A stretch of 64,000 nt of DNA from Nitrospirota bacterium (GTDB taxonomy: Bacteria; Nitrospirota; UBA9217), in contig CAWCKW010000012.1 of NCBI GenBank assembly GCA_963796285.1, positions 928,001 to 992,000 of the forward strand. Direction: 5' to 3'. The notes beneath the pieces were generated by a model. That model was not told the origin of the DNA. It did not search any database and saw only the letters and a program-made list of their open reading frames with translations. Shown here in pieces: positions 30,297 through 40,950 of the stretch (its first letter is position 1; every line of letters starts with the position of its first letter). The translations under genes and the position numbers were made by a program.

Positions 30297-32291
30297 TTAC
30301 AATGCTACATTAAAGGTCCTCAGCACCCAGTTCAGCGCACCTCCCACGCCAAAGGCAAAAGGGAATATGAAAGCCACCATATACAGGGCGGTCTTCATTC
30401 CCCGCTCCTTCACCATCATGAAAAAGTTCGCGATACAGGGCACAAACAAGGTCATCACGGTGAGGCTCACCACGATCTGGATAGGGTCAAGCAATCCTTC
30501 TTTGGCCAGCATGAAGAGCCCTGCAGCGCCATAATCACGACGTAAAAATCCGATGACGAATGCCTCTGCAGCCCTGCTTGGGAGGCCGAGGAAATGACAA
30601 CAATTGGATCGGTCAGCTGCTGGATATAGGCAAGTGCCCCCACTTTGTGACTGATAAAAAGGATGAACGTGCCGAGAATGAAAAGCGGCACCGCTTCTTT
30701 CAAATACCACTGCACACGGGCGAGGGTCTTGACAAGGATGTTCGAAAGTTGCGGCACGCGAATCGGAGGCAATTCGAGAACGAAGTCGGACGGATCGCCA
30801 GGGATGACCTTTGCGGCCAAATACCCTACGAGAAGCATCACCGCAAGCAGTGTGACAAGCCAGATGATCGTGGCAAGGCCGGAAAGCCCGGCAACCAGTC
30901 CGAGGATGACTCCCAGCTGGGCTGAACAGGGCACCCCGAGCGCAAGCAGAAGTGTTACAAGTATTTTCTCTTTTTTGGTCTCAAGGATCCGTGTGGTAAG
31001 CGTTGCCATAGTGTCGCAGCCCAACCCGAGGATCATAGGGAGCACTGCTTTGCCGTTCAGACCCATGATTTTAAAGACCTTATTCACCATGACCGCGAGC
31101 CGGGGCAGATAACCCGAGTCTTCCAAAAGGCCGAACGCGATAAAGAAGAACCCAACGATCGGCAACACAATAGCGATGGAATAAGTGAGCGCCATGGTCA
31201 CGAGTCCGTAGTCGCCGACGATCAATTCCTGAAGAAATGGTATCGGCAGGATAAAATGAACGATCTTTACAGCCCAGGGGTTCAAGTATTCGCCAAAGAC
31301 GATCTTCTCAAGAAAATTGACCGCAGTGCCTGCCCCCAGCACACCAACAAATTGATAAACGACATAGAGAACGGCCAAGCAGGATCGGCAACCCATAGAC
31401 CGGATGCATGGACCATTTGCCGATGTGGAATGCAATGGCTGAACCCTTCCCTGCCTCGTGGAGGCTCAGTGACTGTGCGAGGATCTCATCGGCTTTCTTC
31501 ATCCTTCGCTGGTTGATGAGATAACCGAGCGAGTTATTGAATTTCGACTGCACTCCCTGGCGAATCTTTTCTATCTCTTTGATCACGTGGTCCTGAACGT
31601 TCGCATGAAGCCAACCTTTGAGACTCTCGTCACCGGCCAGGATCATAAGCGCAAGAGCTCGGCGCGAAATATTAGCTTCCGGCAACAAAACAGAGATGTC
31701 CCTGATCCCGCCTTCGATCTTATCATCGTACAACACCTCGATAGCGGACGGCCGCGGATGCTGAATGCCCTTCAACAGCTTATCGATACCGCTCCGCCGG
31801 ATCGCCACGGTTTTTACCACTTCAATACCGAGGATCTGTGAGAGCGTCTCCTGATTGATTACGATGCCGCGACTCCTCGCCTCATCGTCCATATTGAGAT
31901 CGAGAATAAACGGTACACCCATTTCCGCAAGTTGGAGCGTGATCAATAGTCCGCGCCTCAGGTTCTTGGTATCGGCAACCTGCACGATCACATCAGCCCG
32001 ATCGGAGATCAGCATGTCCCGCGTTACCTTCTCGTCCTCGGACATGGGCACCAGACTGTTCACCCCGGGAGTGTCGATCACGAGGGTCTTTGTTTTATTC
32101 AAGACCGCATTTCCATAAGTCACTTCCACCGTGGTGCCCGGATAATTGGAAACGGTAACATAGGTTCCCGTCAGAAGACCAAAAAGCGCGCTTTTGCCGA
32201 CATTGGGATTGCCTATCAGAAGGACCTTATGTAAAGTGGAATCACGGTAACGATTTTCATTGCTAGACCCATGGTCATGCATTATATGCAC
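30297..32291 (-). CDS. feoB: Ferrous iron transporter FeoB, split by two frameshifts
   Basis: GNPNVGKS, NYPGTTVE, DTPG, LEDSGYLPR, PCSAQ, FVLELPP, LFVPCIA. Confidence 0.92.
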
Positions 32292-32325
32292 ATCCTCACT
32301 TTCAGTACTGGCTTCCGGATCCTGA

Positions 32326-32769
32326 CTACTTGTTTTTCTTTCCCTGGCATCCAGCGCACAGGCCGTACAACTCCAACTTGTGACTCAGCACCTTGAAGCG
32401 GTTCTTCCTGGCTACGTCCTGCTGGAGTGCCTCGATGCTTTCGTTCTCAAACTCGATGATGGCACCGCATCGCGTACAGATAAGATGATCATGGTGCGCG
32501 TCCTGGCTCGCGTGCTCGTAGCGGGTAAACCCGTCCTCGAAACGCCGCTCCTGTGCAAGCCCCGCGTCGGCCAGAAGTTTCAGCGTCCGGTACACCGTGG
32601 CATAGCCAATACCGGGGTGTGACTTCTTCACGCGGGCATAAAGCTCTTCGGCGCTCAGGTGTCGTCCAGCCTCCACGAAGACATTTAATATCGTATCCCG
32701 CTGGCTCGTCGACTTAAGGTTTTTGGCGGCAAGATATTCACTCAGTTGTTCAGAAGGTTTTTTTAGCAT
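32326..32769 (-). CDS. fur: Fur-family regulator
   Basis: TSQR, HLSAEEL, ATVYRTL, HHDHLICTRCG, CAGC. Confidence 0.92.
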   Translation of the reverse strand: MLKKPSEQLSEYLAAKNLKSTSQRDTILNVFVEAGRHLSAEELYARVKKSHPGIGYATVYRTLKLLADAGLAQERRFEDGFTRYEHASQDAHHDHLICTRCGAIIEFENESIEALQQDVARKNRFKVLSHKLELYGLCAGCQGKKNK

Positions 32770-32774
32770 TATTT

Positions 32775-32832
32775 GATATTGATAACCATTTTCAATTGAA
32801 GACTTTATACCATGGAGCGCATTCGCTGTCAA
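32775..32832 (-). promoter_or_regulatory. fur promoter with Fur box in the 5' leader
   Basis: TTGACA-17-TATAAA; GATATTGATAACCATTTTC 32775-32793 is a 16/19 Fur-box match. Confidence 0.7.
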
Positions 32833-32899
32833 GCAGTATTATAACGGTTAATAAAATAGCTGCGCGTGGGATATGAATAGTATATTCATGGTTCCATCA

Positions 32900-32933
32900 A
32901 AACAGCCCGCCCCGCAAACGCGGAGCGGGCTGT
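32900..32933 (-). terminator. Intrinsic terminator
   Basis: ACAGCCCGC..GCGGGCTG hairpin with TTTT on minus strand. Confidence 0.65.
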
Positions 32934-32942
32934 CGCAAACTC

Positions 32943-34094
32943 TTAGAATTTGAGCTGGTTTTTGAACTCACGGATCGAGAGAAGCGCATCAGCCCCTGAA
33001 ACCGCGTCGCCCGGTTTGAATTCACCGGTGGCCTTATCGGCTTCAATGAATCCCCTCGAGGTAGCGATCATGGCGGCGTTGAAGAAATACTGATCATTCC
33101 TGACGTCAGAAAAAGGTGTTGTAGCTCCCAGAAACTTGGTGGCCAGTTTCTCGTCACCGGATACTTTGATCAGAATAGCTTCAAGCATAAGGGCGAACTC
33201 ACTTTTTGATATGAGCCTGTCAGGGTCGAATGTGTGGTTCGGTCCCGCTCCGAGACCGCGGATCTGGAGTTTGAGCACCAAATCGATGCTCGCCTTGAGC
33301 CAATGGTCCGCAATGTCCGTCGCTGCCTCCATCTTGATGACCTTTTCGGTCTGCGTGGCTGTGGAAGCATCTGTCGAGGCCTTGAATGAAGTATCATAGT
33401 TCTTGACGCCTCGTTTGGTGATGAGCTTTTCGAGGTTCATTTCTTGGTCAAAGAGCGCGGCAATATCGGCCCGGTCAATTTTGTCGACGAGGGCGATCTT
33501 CTTACCGATCTCGGTCCCCGGCGCTGCGCGCTGGATCTTCTGGATCAATGCCCATTCGGCATTGGCATCGCCGGTGAACTCCTTATTTATATCAATGACC
33601 TTATGAAACATCTTGGCGGCCTTGTCAAAATCAAGCGCAACCTTGTATGCCATCCCCATGAAATAATGGAGCCACGCACTGTTCGGATCTTTTTTCTGTG
33701 CGGCCTTGAACTCGCTTTCCGCGTCAGACATCCAGTCTTTTGCCCGCTGCATGCTCAAGAGTCTGATCATACCGATGTTGGCTTCAATACCGGGATCAAG
33801 TCCTTTGGCCTTTGACATGTTTTCGAGAGCGGGGTTAAACTCACCCTTCGTGCCGAAAGCCAATCCCTTGCCGATATACCCGCGCGAAAACGTGGGGTCG
33901 AGCGCGATGGCCCTGTCAAAGGACTTCATGGCATCGTCAATATGATCGCTGTCGAGATACTTTAATCCGTTTCTGTAATGATATTCGGGCGAGTCCATCA
34001 CCGACGTAGGGGGCGCTATCTTCCTACCGCATCCAGCAACCACAAGAACCAGGGCCGCCATAAGCACTATAAGACGTTTAATCTGAATTAACAA
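32943..34094 (-). CDS. TPR lipoprotein with SLH-like C-terminal domains
   Basis: Lipobox VAGC, TPR repeats, TDIADHW, FDPDRLISKSEFA, FSDV. Confidence 0.75.
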   Translation of the reverse strand: MLIQIKRLIVLMAALVLVVAGCGRKIAPPTSVMDSPEYHYRNGLKYLDSDHIDDAMKSFDRAIALDPTFSRGYIGKGLAFGTKGEFNPALENMSKAKGLDPGIEANIGMIRLLSMQRAKDWMSDAESEFKAAQKKDPNSAWLHYFMGMAYKVALDFDKAAKMFHKVIDINKEFTGDANAEWALIQKIQRAAPGTEIGKKIALVDKIDRADIAALFDQEMNLEKLITKRGVKNYDTSFKASTDASTATQTEKVIKMEAATDIADHWLKASIDLVLKLQIRGLGAGPNHTFDPDRLISKSEFALMLEAILIKVSGDEKLATKFLGATTPFSDVRNDQYFFNAAMIATSRGFIEADKATGEFKPGDAVSGADALLSIREFKNQLKF

Positions 34095-34176
34095 AACCTA
34101 GCTCCGATCGGTAATCAATTTTGAGAAGCGGAGCATCCCGATACTCCGGATAGTACGGACGGTGCGATCGCTCATG

Positions 34177-35037
34177 TTAATCCACCAAAATAATGACCCT
34201 GCACTTCTGGAGCATACTCAGGTTTTCTGAAGCGCTATGCAGCATGGCTGCGTCCGCATTAGTGATGACCATGTCCACTCTCGCGTCTCCCGCAACCTTC
34301 AGTGCCTTTACCATGAGGGGTTTATCCGTTACCCGGGGGTTCGTTTGTGCCTGGACAGGGTCTTTGAGATAGCCGGCCATGCCCTCGCGTACAGCGTAAT
34401 CCCTGCTGATCAATGCGGAACCGTAGACTTCCTTTCCGTCTTCATTCAGGATCTTCGGTGCCATAGCAGGCTTGACGCCGAGTCCCCGTGCGTCCACAAT
34501 GAGACCGGTATACAGTTGTCCCGGAGAAGCAGGCGTGATGGTGCCGGGAAGACCGGTTGGAGGCGTCGGCGAGGTCTTCGGGAGGAGCGTGTCGGCAAGC
34601 GCGCCGGTGAGCCTCGTTCCTATCGTCACTTCGACAGATCCATCGGACATGTACTTCTTGTCCATGATCGTGGCTCCCTGAATAATACCGTTCACCTCTG
34701 TCCTGATCACATCGCTCGTGGTGATGAAGTTCTCAACCGTGGTTGTGGAATCGACCCGTACACCTTTCACTGCTTCGAGCAGGTTTCGATACGCGACCAC
34801 TTGCGCGGCCCGTTCAGTCATGGCCCTCGCCTGCGCCGAGTTGGCAGGTTGAGCCGGCGGAGCGCCGATACCGACCGCGGTGATCACTCCCGTTGTCCAA
34901 TCCACTTTACCGGAGGAACCCACCGGCTGCTCTACATCCTTGATCGTGCCCGGAAGCTGCGCTGATGAGCTTCCTGCAATACATGCGAAAACGGTTAAGG
35001 CGATTATCACGAAAGCTATAGACCTTTTATTGAACAT
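34177..35037 (-). CDS. Exported LPP20-like protein
   Basis: VDWTTG.ITAVG.G, RAAQVVAYRNLLE.V.GVRVDS, YTGLIVDARGL. Confidence 0.65.
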   Translation of the reverse strand: MFNKRSIAFVIIALTVFACIAGSSSAQLPGTIKDVEQPVGSSGKVDWTTGVITAVGIGAPPAQPANSAQARAMTERAAQVVAYRNLLEAVKGVRVDSTTTVENFITTSDVIRTEVNGIIQGATIMDKKYMSDGSVEVTIGTRLTGALADTLLPKTSPTPPTGLPGTITPASPGQLYTGLIVDARGLGVKPAMAPKILNEDGKEVYGSALISRDYAVREGMAGYLKDPVQAQTNPRVTDKPLMVKALKVAGDARVDMVITNADAAMLHSASENLSMLQKCRVIILVD

Positions 35038-35317
35038 ATTAAACCTCCCTCGATAATTTGCTAAGACTCAGAATAGATAAATCCAGGATGCAAAATAGAT
35101 TTACCCTTCACTTCCTAAAATAATATATTTACAGCAAAATAATAATTTATCAATGAATGGTCGTTATGATCAGGGTAATTTTCACCCAGCGGTCAGGTAT
35201 GACAAAAAAAGAAGTCAAAACAAGATATGATAAATGTACGGCAGACTATACCCAATCAAGGGATAATTGTCAAGATTGCCAAATCGTTCATGGCTGCATG
35301 AATACAGATCAAGCCTA

Positions 35318-36040
35318 TTACAGTGCCCTCGCAAGCGTGAACGCCGTCACCTGCGCAGCCCCCGCCTGCTTGAGAACCGAAGCACATTCGTTCATCGTAG
35401 CGCCGGTGGTAAACACGTCATCAACAAGGACCACACTCCTGTCCACAACTTCTCCGGGCTTTCGGAGAGCAAAAGCGCCCGCCACATTCTGTACCCGCTC
35501 CGCTCCTGTCAGTTCCACCTGAGGCCGGGTAGGCCTTGACCGGTACAGGTTGTCGCAGGAGCACGGGATATGGTGCGCTTCGCTCATTCGGTGCGCGAGA
35601 AGGAGCGCCTGATTGAAGCCGCGTTGTCTGAGTCTTTTAGTATGGAGAGGGACGGGCATAATGATGTCGATGTCCGAAACCAGACGGACGTTCGTTGACA
35701 TCCATTCGCCAAGCGGTCTTCCGAGAGATCTGCATGGCCGGTATTTGAACTGGTGCACCGCCTCGCGCAACGAACCCTCAAAATACCCGATCGACAAAGC
35801 CTGATCGAACAAAGGAGGCTCCCGCCTGCATGCAAGGCACATATGCGCGGGACTGCTGCTCAACGCCTCGGGCGAATCAAACGGCCTGCCGCAGCGCGGG
35901 CACAGGGGCCCCTGAATGGGGGTGAAATCAGACCAGCAGGTGGAACAGAAAAAAGGGATATTGGAATCGCCGACCCTGCCATTGCAAAAGGAACATGAGG
36001 TTGGAAGTATGATATCCAGAATACGCCTGAAAATATGCAT
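35318..36040 (-). CDS. ComF-family phosphoribosyltransferase
   Basis: CxxC double zinc ribbon, VPLH..R..RGFNQA, LVDDVFTTGAT. Confidence 0.9.
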   Translation of the reverse strand: MHIFRRILDIILPTSCSFCNGRVGDSNIPFFCSTCWSDFTPIQGPLCPRCGRPFDSPEALSSSPAHMCLACRREPPLFDQALSIGYFEGSLREAVHQFKYRPCRSLGRPLGEWMSTNVRLVSDIDIIMPVPLHTKRLRQRGFNQALLLAHRMSEAHHIPCSCDNLYRSRPTRPQVELTGAERVQNVAGAFALRKPGEVVDRSVVLVDDVFTTGATMNECASVLKQAGAAQVTAFTLARAL

Positions 36041-36206
36041 AATACCTCAAGGTAGTTACAACCACATTTCAAATCTCAATGTAATCGGGCACTCTCGCGG
36101 ACCAGTGTCCTCAGTCAATCACGGATCGGTTCTGAGAGAGGTTCTGGTTTTTGGTTCAACACCATGTCAGCGATAGAGGCAATCAGGGAGGTAGCGAGTA
36201 TTTGAC

Positions 36207-37745
36207 TCAAATCATGAGGCTCTTGCCGGTCATTTCAGAGGGAATGTCGATGCCCATAAGGTCGAGCACCGTCGGAGCAACATCGGCAAGGATCCCCGCG
36301 TCCCTGAGCTGAATATTCTTTTGAACAATAATGAAAGGTACGGGATCGGTCGTGTGTGCGGTAAGCGGCTGGCCGGTCGAGGAATCAAGCATGATCTCAA
36401 CATTGCCATGGTCCGCGGTGATGACCACCACCATCCCCTCTTCCCGCGCCGCGGTCAGCACGCGACCCAGGCATTCGTCGATCACTTCCACGGCCTTGAC
36501 AGCGGCATCGATCACCCCTGTGTGGCCGACCATGTCCGGATTTGCGTAATTAACGAGAATAAAACCAAACTGGCGCGACGTGATATGCTCAACGAGCTTA
36601 TCTGTTATCTCACGCGCGCTCATCTCCGGTTTTAAATCGTACGTGGGAACATCGCGAGTTGACGGCACCAGCACCCGCTCTTCCAGAGAAAACGGTCGCT
36701 CTTCCCCCCCGTTGAAGAAAAAGGTGACGTGGGCAAATTTTTCGGTCTCGGCAATGCGGAGCTGCCGTATCCCGTTCGCGTTCAGGACTTCTCCAAGAAT
36801 GTGCGTGAGCCGCACAGGCCCAAAGGCCACCGGCAGATCAAAGACCTCGTCATAGGTCGTAAGACAAACAAAGGATGAAAGCGTCGGTACCTGGAGCCTT
36901 TTGAAACCCTGGAACTCCGGGTCCGTCAGCGCCCGGGTGATCTCACGGGCCCTGTCGGACCGGAAGTTGCAGAAGATGACCGCGTCGTTGTTCCGGATCG
37001 TGGCAATATGCTTGTTCGTTTTCGCATCGAGCAGAGACGTCGGGAGCACGAACTCATCAGTTTTGCTGTGTTCATAGCTCTGCTGGACCGCCTCGAGAGC
37101 GGAATATTTTCTTATTCCCTCTCCCACGACCATGGCCTCGTACGCCTTTTGGACCCTTTCCCAGCGTTTATCGCGGTCCATGGCATAGTATCGTCCTGAA
37201 ACCGAGGCGATCCTCCCGATGCCTATCTTGGCAAAATAGTTCTCGAGTTGGGTGATGTATTTGAGAGCGCTTGATGGCGGTGTGTCCCTGCCATCCAGGA
37301 ATGCGTGGAAAAAAACGTTTGTAATCCCCCGGGCCTTTGCCAGATCGAACATTGCGAAAATATGGTCCATCCGGCTGTGCACACCGCCGTCCGAGAGAAG
37401 CCCCATCAGGTGAAGATTCGCTCCGGCCTGTTTGACGGACTCCATCGCCGAAATCAGCACCGGATTTTTAAAGAACTCACCGTCCCTGATCGCCTTGCTG
37501 ATCCGCGTCGAGTCCTGGTAAACGATCCTGCCTGCGCCGAGGTTCAAGTGACCCACCTCGGAATTCCCCATTTGTCCCTCGGGAAGGCCGACTGCTTCGC
37601 CCGATGCCTGGAGCGCAGCATGCGGGTAATCGCTCATCAGCCTGGAATAGACCGGCGTCTTTGCAGAGGCGATGGCGTTCCCTTGTTTATTTGTGTTGAT
37701 GCCCCACCCGTCGAGGACCAGCAGCACTACCCGCTTGCTTGACAT
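36207..37745 (-). CDS. gpmI: 2,3-bisphosphoglycerate-independent phosphoglycerate mutase
   Basis: LDGWG, QMGNSEVGH, SDGGVHS, YAMDRD, ADHGN. Confidence 0.96.
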   Translation of the reverse strand: MSSKRVVLLVLDGWGINTNKQGNAIASAKTPVYSRLMSDYPHAALQASGEAVGLPEGQMGNSEVGHLNLGAGRIVYQDSTRISKAIRDGEFFKNPVLISAMESVKQAGANLHLMGLLSDGGVHSRMDHIFAMFDLAKARGITNVFFHAFLDGRDTPPSSALKYITQLENYFAKIGIGRIASVSGRYYAMDRDKRWERVQKAYEAMVVGEGIRKYSALEAVQQSYEHSKTDEFVLPTSLLDAKTNKHIATIRNNDAVIFCNFRSDRAREITRALTDPEFQGFKRLQVPTLSSFVCLTTYDEVFDLPVAFGPVRLTHILGEVLNANGIRQLRIAETEKFAHVTFFFNGGEERPFSLEERVLVPSTRDVPTYDLKPEMSAREITDKLVEHITSRQFGFILVNYANPDMVGHTGVIDAAVKAVEVIDECLGRVLTAAREEGMVVVITADHGNVEIMLDSSTGQPLTAHTTDPVPFIIVQKNIQLRDAGILADVAPTVLDLMGIDIPSEMTGKSLMI

Positions 37746-37849
37746 TCAAAAGCCTCTTCTCAAGGAGCCAGGAGACAGGATTCAGAACTCAGGATAATAA
37801 TTGATATATTCTGACCTCTAACTTCTACCGTCTGGCTGCTCTTACCAGG

Positions 37850-39157
37850 TTAACAGTTTTTTTCGAGATTGACACCGAAGGTGTTCCACTTACCGCAGTT
37901 CGGGCACCGGCCTGACCAGTCGGTGGTCCTGAGATCGCAGTTCGAGCAGACGAAGGGAATGATGATCTGCTTCTTGAAGCCAAGGGCCTTTTTGAACTCG
38001 GACGCGGCAAGACCAAGAGAGCCGCGGCGCAGATAGATATTGCCGAGCAGTTTGTGCATGTCGGGAAATTCCTTGTCCCCCCAGTCCACAGTGGAGAGGA
38101 TGTCGAATGCCTCATCGATCATCTCAAGTCGGTAGTATAGTTTCCCCAGAAAGAATTTAAGCCTGATGTCCTGAGGCTTCCAGTTGACCGCCTGGGTATA
38201 AAGCTCAATGGCCTTGCCTGGTTCACCCTGTTTCAGGTAAAGGTCCTCCAGACGGTGCAGCAACAGGACCGATAACGTCATTTTGTACGCCTTATCCCAC
38301 AGCTCGGCTGCATCCTTGACCTTGCCCTCATCAAGGTATATCTCGCCCAGGCCGAGGTACGCGGGAATAAAATCCTTGTCCAGCTTGATCACGCCCCGGA
38401 ATATCTTTTTCCCCCGCTCTAGATCACCCGTTTCAAGGAGCGAGCGGCCGAGCTCATACTTGAAACCAACCAGTTTGCGATGCTCGACCTCCTGTTCCGA
38501 AGGGGTGAGGGGATTAGCAACCAATTTGCGCTGCGCCTCGTATAAATTCTCCCATTGGTTCAGCCTTTGGTAGAGATCGCGCATCTTGATCAATGCGGTG
38601 AGGTTGGATGAATCCTTGGACAGGATGTTCTGGTACCTTCCGAGTGCGTCATCATATTGTTTCGCTTCTTCATAGTCCGTTGCAAGCGAGAACATGACTT
38701 CCTGGTTGTCGTTCTCCAGACTCAAGGCCTTCTGGTGGAGCAGGATGGCCTCCTGCGGGTTCTTTTCGCGGAGCTGGCAGATCCCCATGCGCAGGAGCGT
38801 GTCCACATGGTTTGGATCAATAGCGAGCACTTTCTGAAAAAAACGGATCGCCTCGGAATTCCGTTTGGCAAGCAATGAGTTCAACCCCTTGGTATAGAGG
38901 TCCTGGACCTTGAGCCGTTTTTTTTGTTCACGCTGGACCCGAAGGCCGCGCAGGAATCGTTTGACGTCTCTCAGCAGATAGAGAAGGAATACGATCCCGG
39001 CGCCGACGGCCAGGGACAAGAGGAAGAAGCTCGATTTCGAGATCTCGTAGGACTTGGAAGGGAGAAGGTTGACCGTGATCATCCCCTGATTGAACTCCCT
39101 CAAGGCTGTTATGAATATCACTACGGCGATCAACAAAATGGTGACGATGAATCTCAT
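37850..39157 (-). CDS. LapB (YciM)-like TPR protein with rubredoxin-type tail
   Basis: N-terminal TMs, TPRs, CSNC..W.GRCPNCGKW. Confidence 0.8.
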   Translation of the reverse strand: MRFIVTILLIAVVIFITALREFNQGMITVNLLPSKSYEISKSSFFLLSLAVGAGIVFLLYLLRDVKRFLRGLRVQREQKKRLKVQDLYTKGLNSLLAKRNSEAIRFFQKVLAIDPNHVDTLLRMGICQLREKNPQEAILLHQKALSLENDNQEVMFSLATDYEEAKQYDDALGRYQNILSKDSSNLTALIKMRDLYQRLNQWENLYEAQRKLVANPLTPSEQEVEHRKLVGFKYELGRSLLETGDLERGKKIFRGVIKLDKDFIPAYLGLGEIYLDEGKVKDAAELWDKAYKMTLSVLLLHRLEDLYLKQGEPGKAIELYTQAVNWKPQDIRLKFFLGKLYYRLEMIDEAFDILSTVDWGDKEFPDMHKLLGNIYLRRGSLGLAASEFKKALGFKKQIIIPFVCSNCDLRTTDWSGRCPNCGKWNTFGVNLEKNC

Positions 39158-39240
39158 CCACGGTCCTTTCTCTTAACAGGTTATACGGCTGATACGGGAT
39201 ATACTGAAATCAATAATAAGAAAATCGTGATAAATCGTAG

Positions 39241-39322
39241 TTAACCGCAGAGTCGCGGAGGGCGCGGAGGAAACCCTATAGTGTTAATTTTTTTCTCAGC
39301 GTCTCGGCGTCTCTGCGGTAGA
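39241..39322. repeat. Palindromic 9-mer-type intergenic repeat
   Basis: ACCGCAGAGTCGCGGAG...CTCGGCGTCTCTGCGGT arms. Confidence 0.5.
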
Positions 39323-39343
39323 TGATGACTTTTTACGCGATCA

Positions 39344-39814
39344 TCAATAATGATAGGTCTTCCCTTTTATGATCGTGAACGCCCGGTACAGCTGTTCAAG
39401 CAGCACCAACCTCGCCATCTCGTGGGTCAGCGTCCAGCGCGACATGGCGATCGTCTTGTTTGCGCGCCCGGTAACGCTCTCATCCAGCCCCAGGGCGCCG
39501 CCGACCACGAACACCATGTCCCTGACACCGGACTCGAGCGCGTTGTTCATAAAATCCGCAAACTCGTGCGAGGTGAATTCCTGTCCGCGTTCGTCCAGTG
39601 CCACAAGGAATGCGTTCGCCGGGACTGACTTGAAGATCTTCTCCGCCTCTTTCTTCCTGATCAGGGGAGCGTCCTTGAGGTCATGGATCTTCTCTTCTTT
39701 TAGGTCCTTGAACTCACTATCCGCATAATGCTTCAGGTATCCGGAATACTTTGCGATTCCGTCCTGGATGAACCGTTCTCTGGTCTTCCCCATGCAGATG
39801 ATGGTCAATCTCAT
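39344..39814 (-). CDS. rlmH: 23S rRNA m3Psi1915 methyltransferase
   Basis: LDERG, GGALG, HEMARLVLLEQLYRAF..YH. Confidence 0.95.
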   Translation of the reverse strand: MRLTIICMGKTRERFIQDGIAKYSGYLKHYADSEFKDLKEEKIHDLKDAPLIRKKEAEKIFKSVPANAFLVALDERGQEFTSHEFADFMNNALESGVRDMVFVVGGALGLDESVTGRANKTIAMSRWTLTHEMARLVLLEQLYRAFTIIKGKTYHY

Positions 39815-40188
39815 GAAGCTGCGCCCAGCAACTCCCTTGGCCGAATGGCAACAGGTATCCGCGGCGCCTCGCCCCAGAGTTTTTCAAGGCTGTAATAGGT
39901 CCTGGTCTGCTCTTCGAAGACATGCACGACCACATCACCGTAGTCCAGGAGCACCCAGCTGGCCTCTGTCGCCCCTTCCACATGTGAATAATGGATGCCG
40001 GCCTTTGCAAGGGCATAGCCGATGCTGTCGGCAATAGCACTCACCTGCGTGGTATTACTCCCTGAACAGATGACGAAATAATCGGCGATAACGGTGAACT
40101 CGCGGATATCGAGTATCAGGATATCGAACGCCTTTTTATCTTCCGCGCCCTCGGCGCAGAGCTGCGCGGTTTCCAGTGCATTAACCAT
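39811..40188 (-). CDS. rsfS: Ribosome silencing factor
   Basis: DKKA.DI, DYFVICSG, WVLLDYGDVVVHVF, YSLEKLW. Confidence 0.95.
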   Translation of the reverse strand: MVNALETAQLCAEGAEDKKAFDILILDIREFTVIADYFVICSGSNTTQVSAIADSIGYALAKAGIHYSHVEGATEASWVLLDYGDVVVHVFEEQTRTYYSLEKLWGEAPRIPVAIRPRELLGAAS

Positions 40189-40840
40189 ATAACCTCTTGT
40201 TCATTATATAGATTTCAACTGCCTCAGGCAAGTGATATTTGATACTTCTACCCTCTTTGACCCTCTCTCGGATGCCCGTCGATGATATGTCGTACAGGGG
40301 GACCGTCTCAAGGACGATGGTAAACGCGCCCGACCTGATCAATGCGCGCTTCATATCGCCCCGGTCCAAGGCCATCAGCTCTTTTTCGGCACTTCTCATA
40401 AAGTCGATCTTCATCATGTCGGTAAAGAGGTATCCCGGCCTCGGCAACACCACAAAACAGCACAGGGTCAGAAGCGTCTCCCACTCATGCCAGGTCTGGA
40501 TCTCGAGGAACGTATCCAGGCCGGTGATAAAGTAGAGTTCCGCGCCGGGATATGTATGGCGGAGCGCCTTGATCGTATCAATAGTGTAGGACGTCCCTCC
40601 GCGCTTGATCTCGAGGTCCGATGGTTCGAAATGAGCATTGCCCGATATCGCGAGCCGTACCATTTCCATTCGTTGGGCAGCGGAAGGAACATCTTCTTCA
40701 AGCTTATGAGGCGGAAGATACGAAGGGATGAACAGTACCCGGTCCAGTTTCAGCCGATCCCGGACCTCTTCAGCCGCGGCAAGGTGGCCGTAGTGGATGG
40801 GGTTGAATGTACCGCCGAGAATGCCCAGTTTCTGTGACAA
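40181..40840 (-). CDS. nadD: Nicotinate-nucleotide adenylyltransferase
   Basis: GGTFNPIHYGH, PPHK, ISST.IR; TTG start after GGAGG. Confidence 0.95.
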   Translation of the reverse strand: MSQKLGILGGTFNPIHYGHLAAAEEVRDRLKLDRVLFIPSYLPPHKLEEDVPSAAQRMEMVRLAISGNAHFEPSDLEIKRGGTSYTIDTIKALRHTYPGAELYFITGLDTFLEIQTWHEWETLLTLCCFVVLPRPGYLFTDMMKIDFMRSAEKELMALDRGDMKRALIRSGAFTIVLETVPLYDISSTGIRERVKEGRSIKYHLPEAVEIYIMNKRLYG

Positions 40841-40857
40841 ACGACCTCCGGTTTTTT

Positions 40858-40950
40858 CAATTGCGGATTTCGGAATTCGGATTGCGGAAAAAAAGGCAAC
40901 TGACAATCGCCTGATTCAATCCGCAAATCTGCAATCCGCAATCCAAAATT
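40858..40950. repeat. Inverted heptamer tracts (TTGCGGA / TCCGCAA)
   Basis: ttgcggattt cggaattcgg attgcgg ... aatccgcaaatctgcaatccgcaatcc. Confidence 0.55.
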
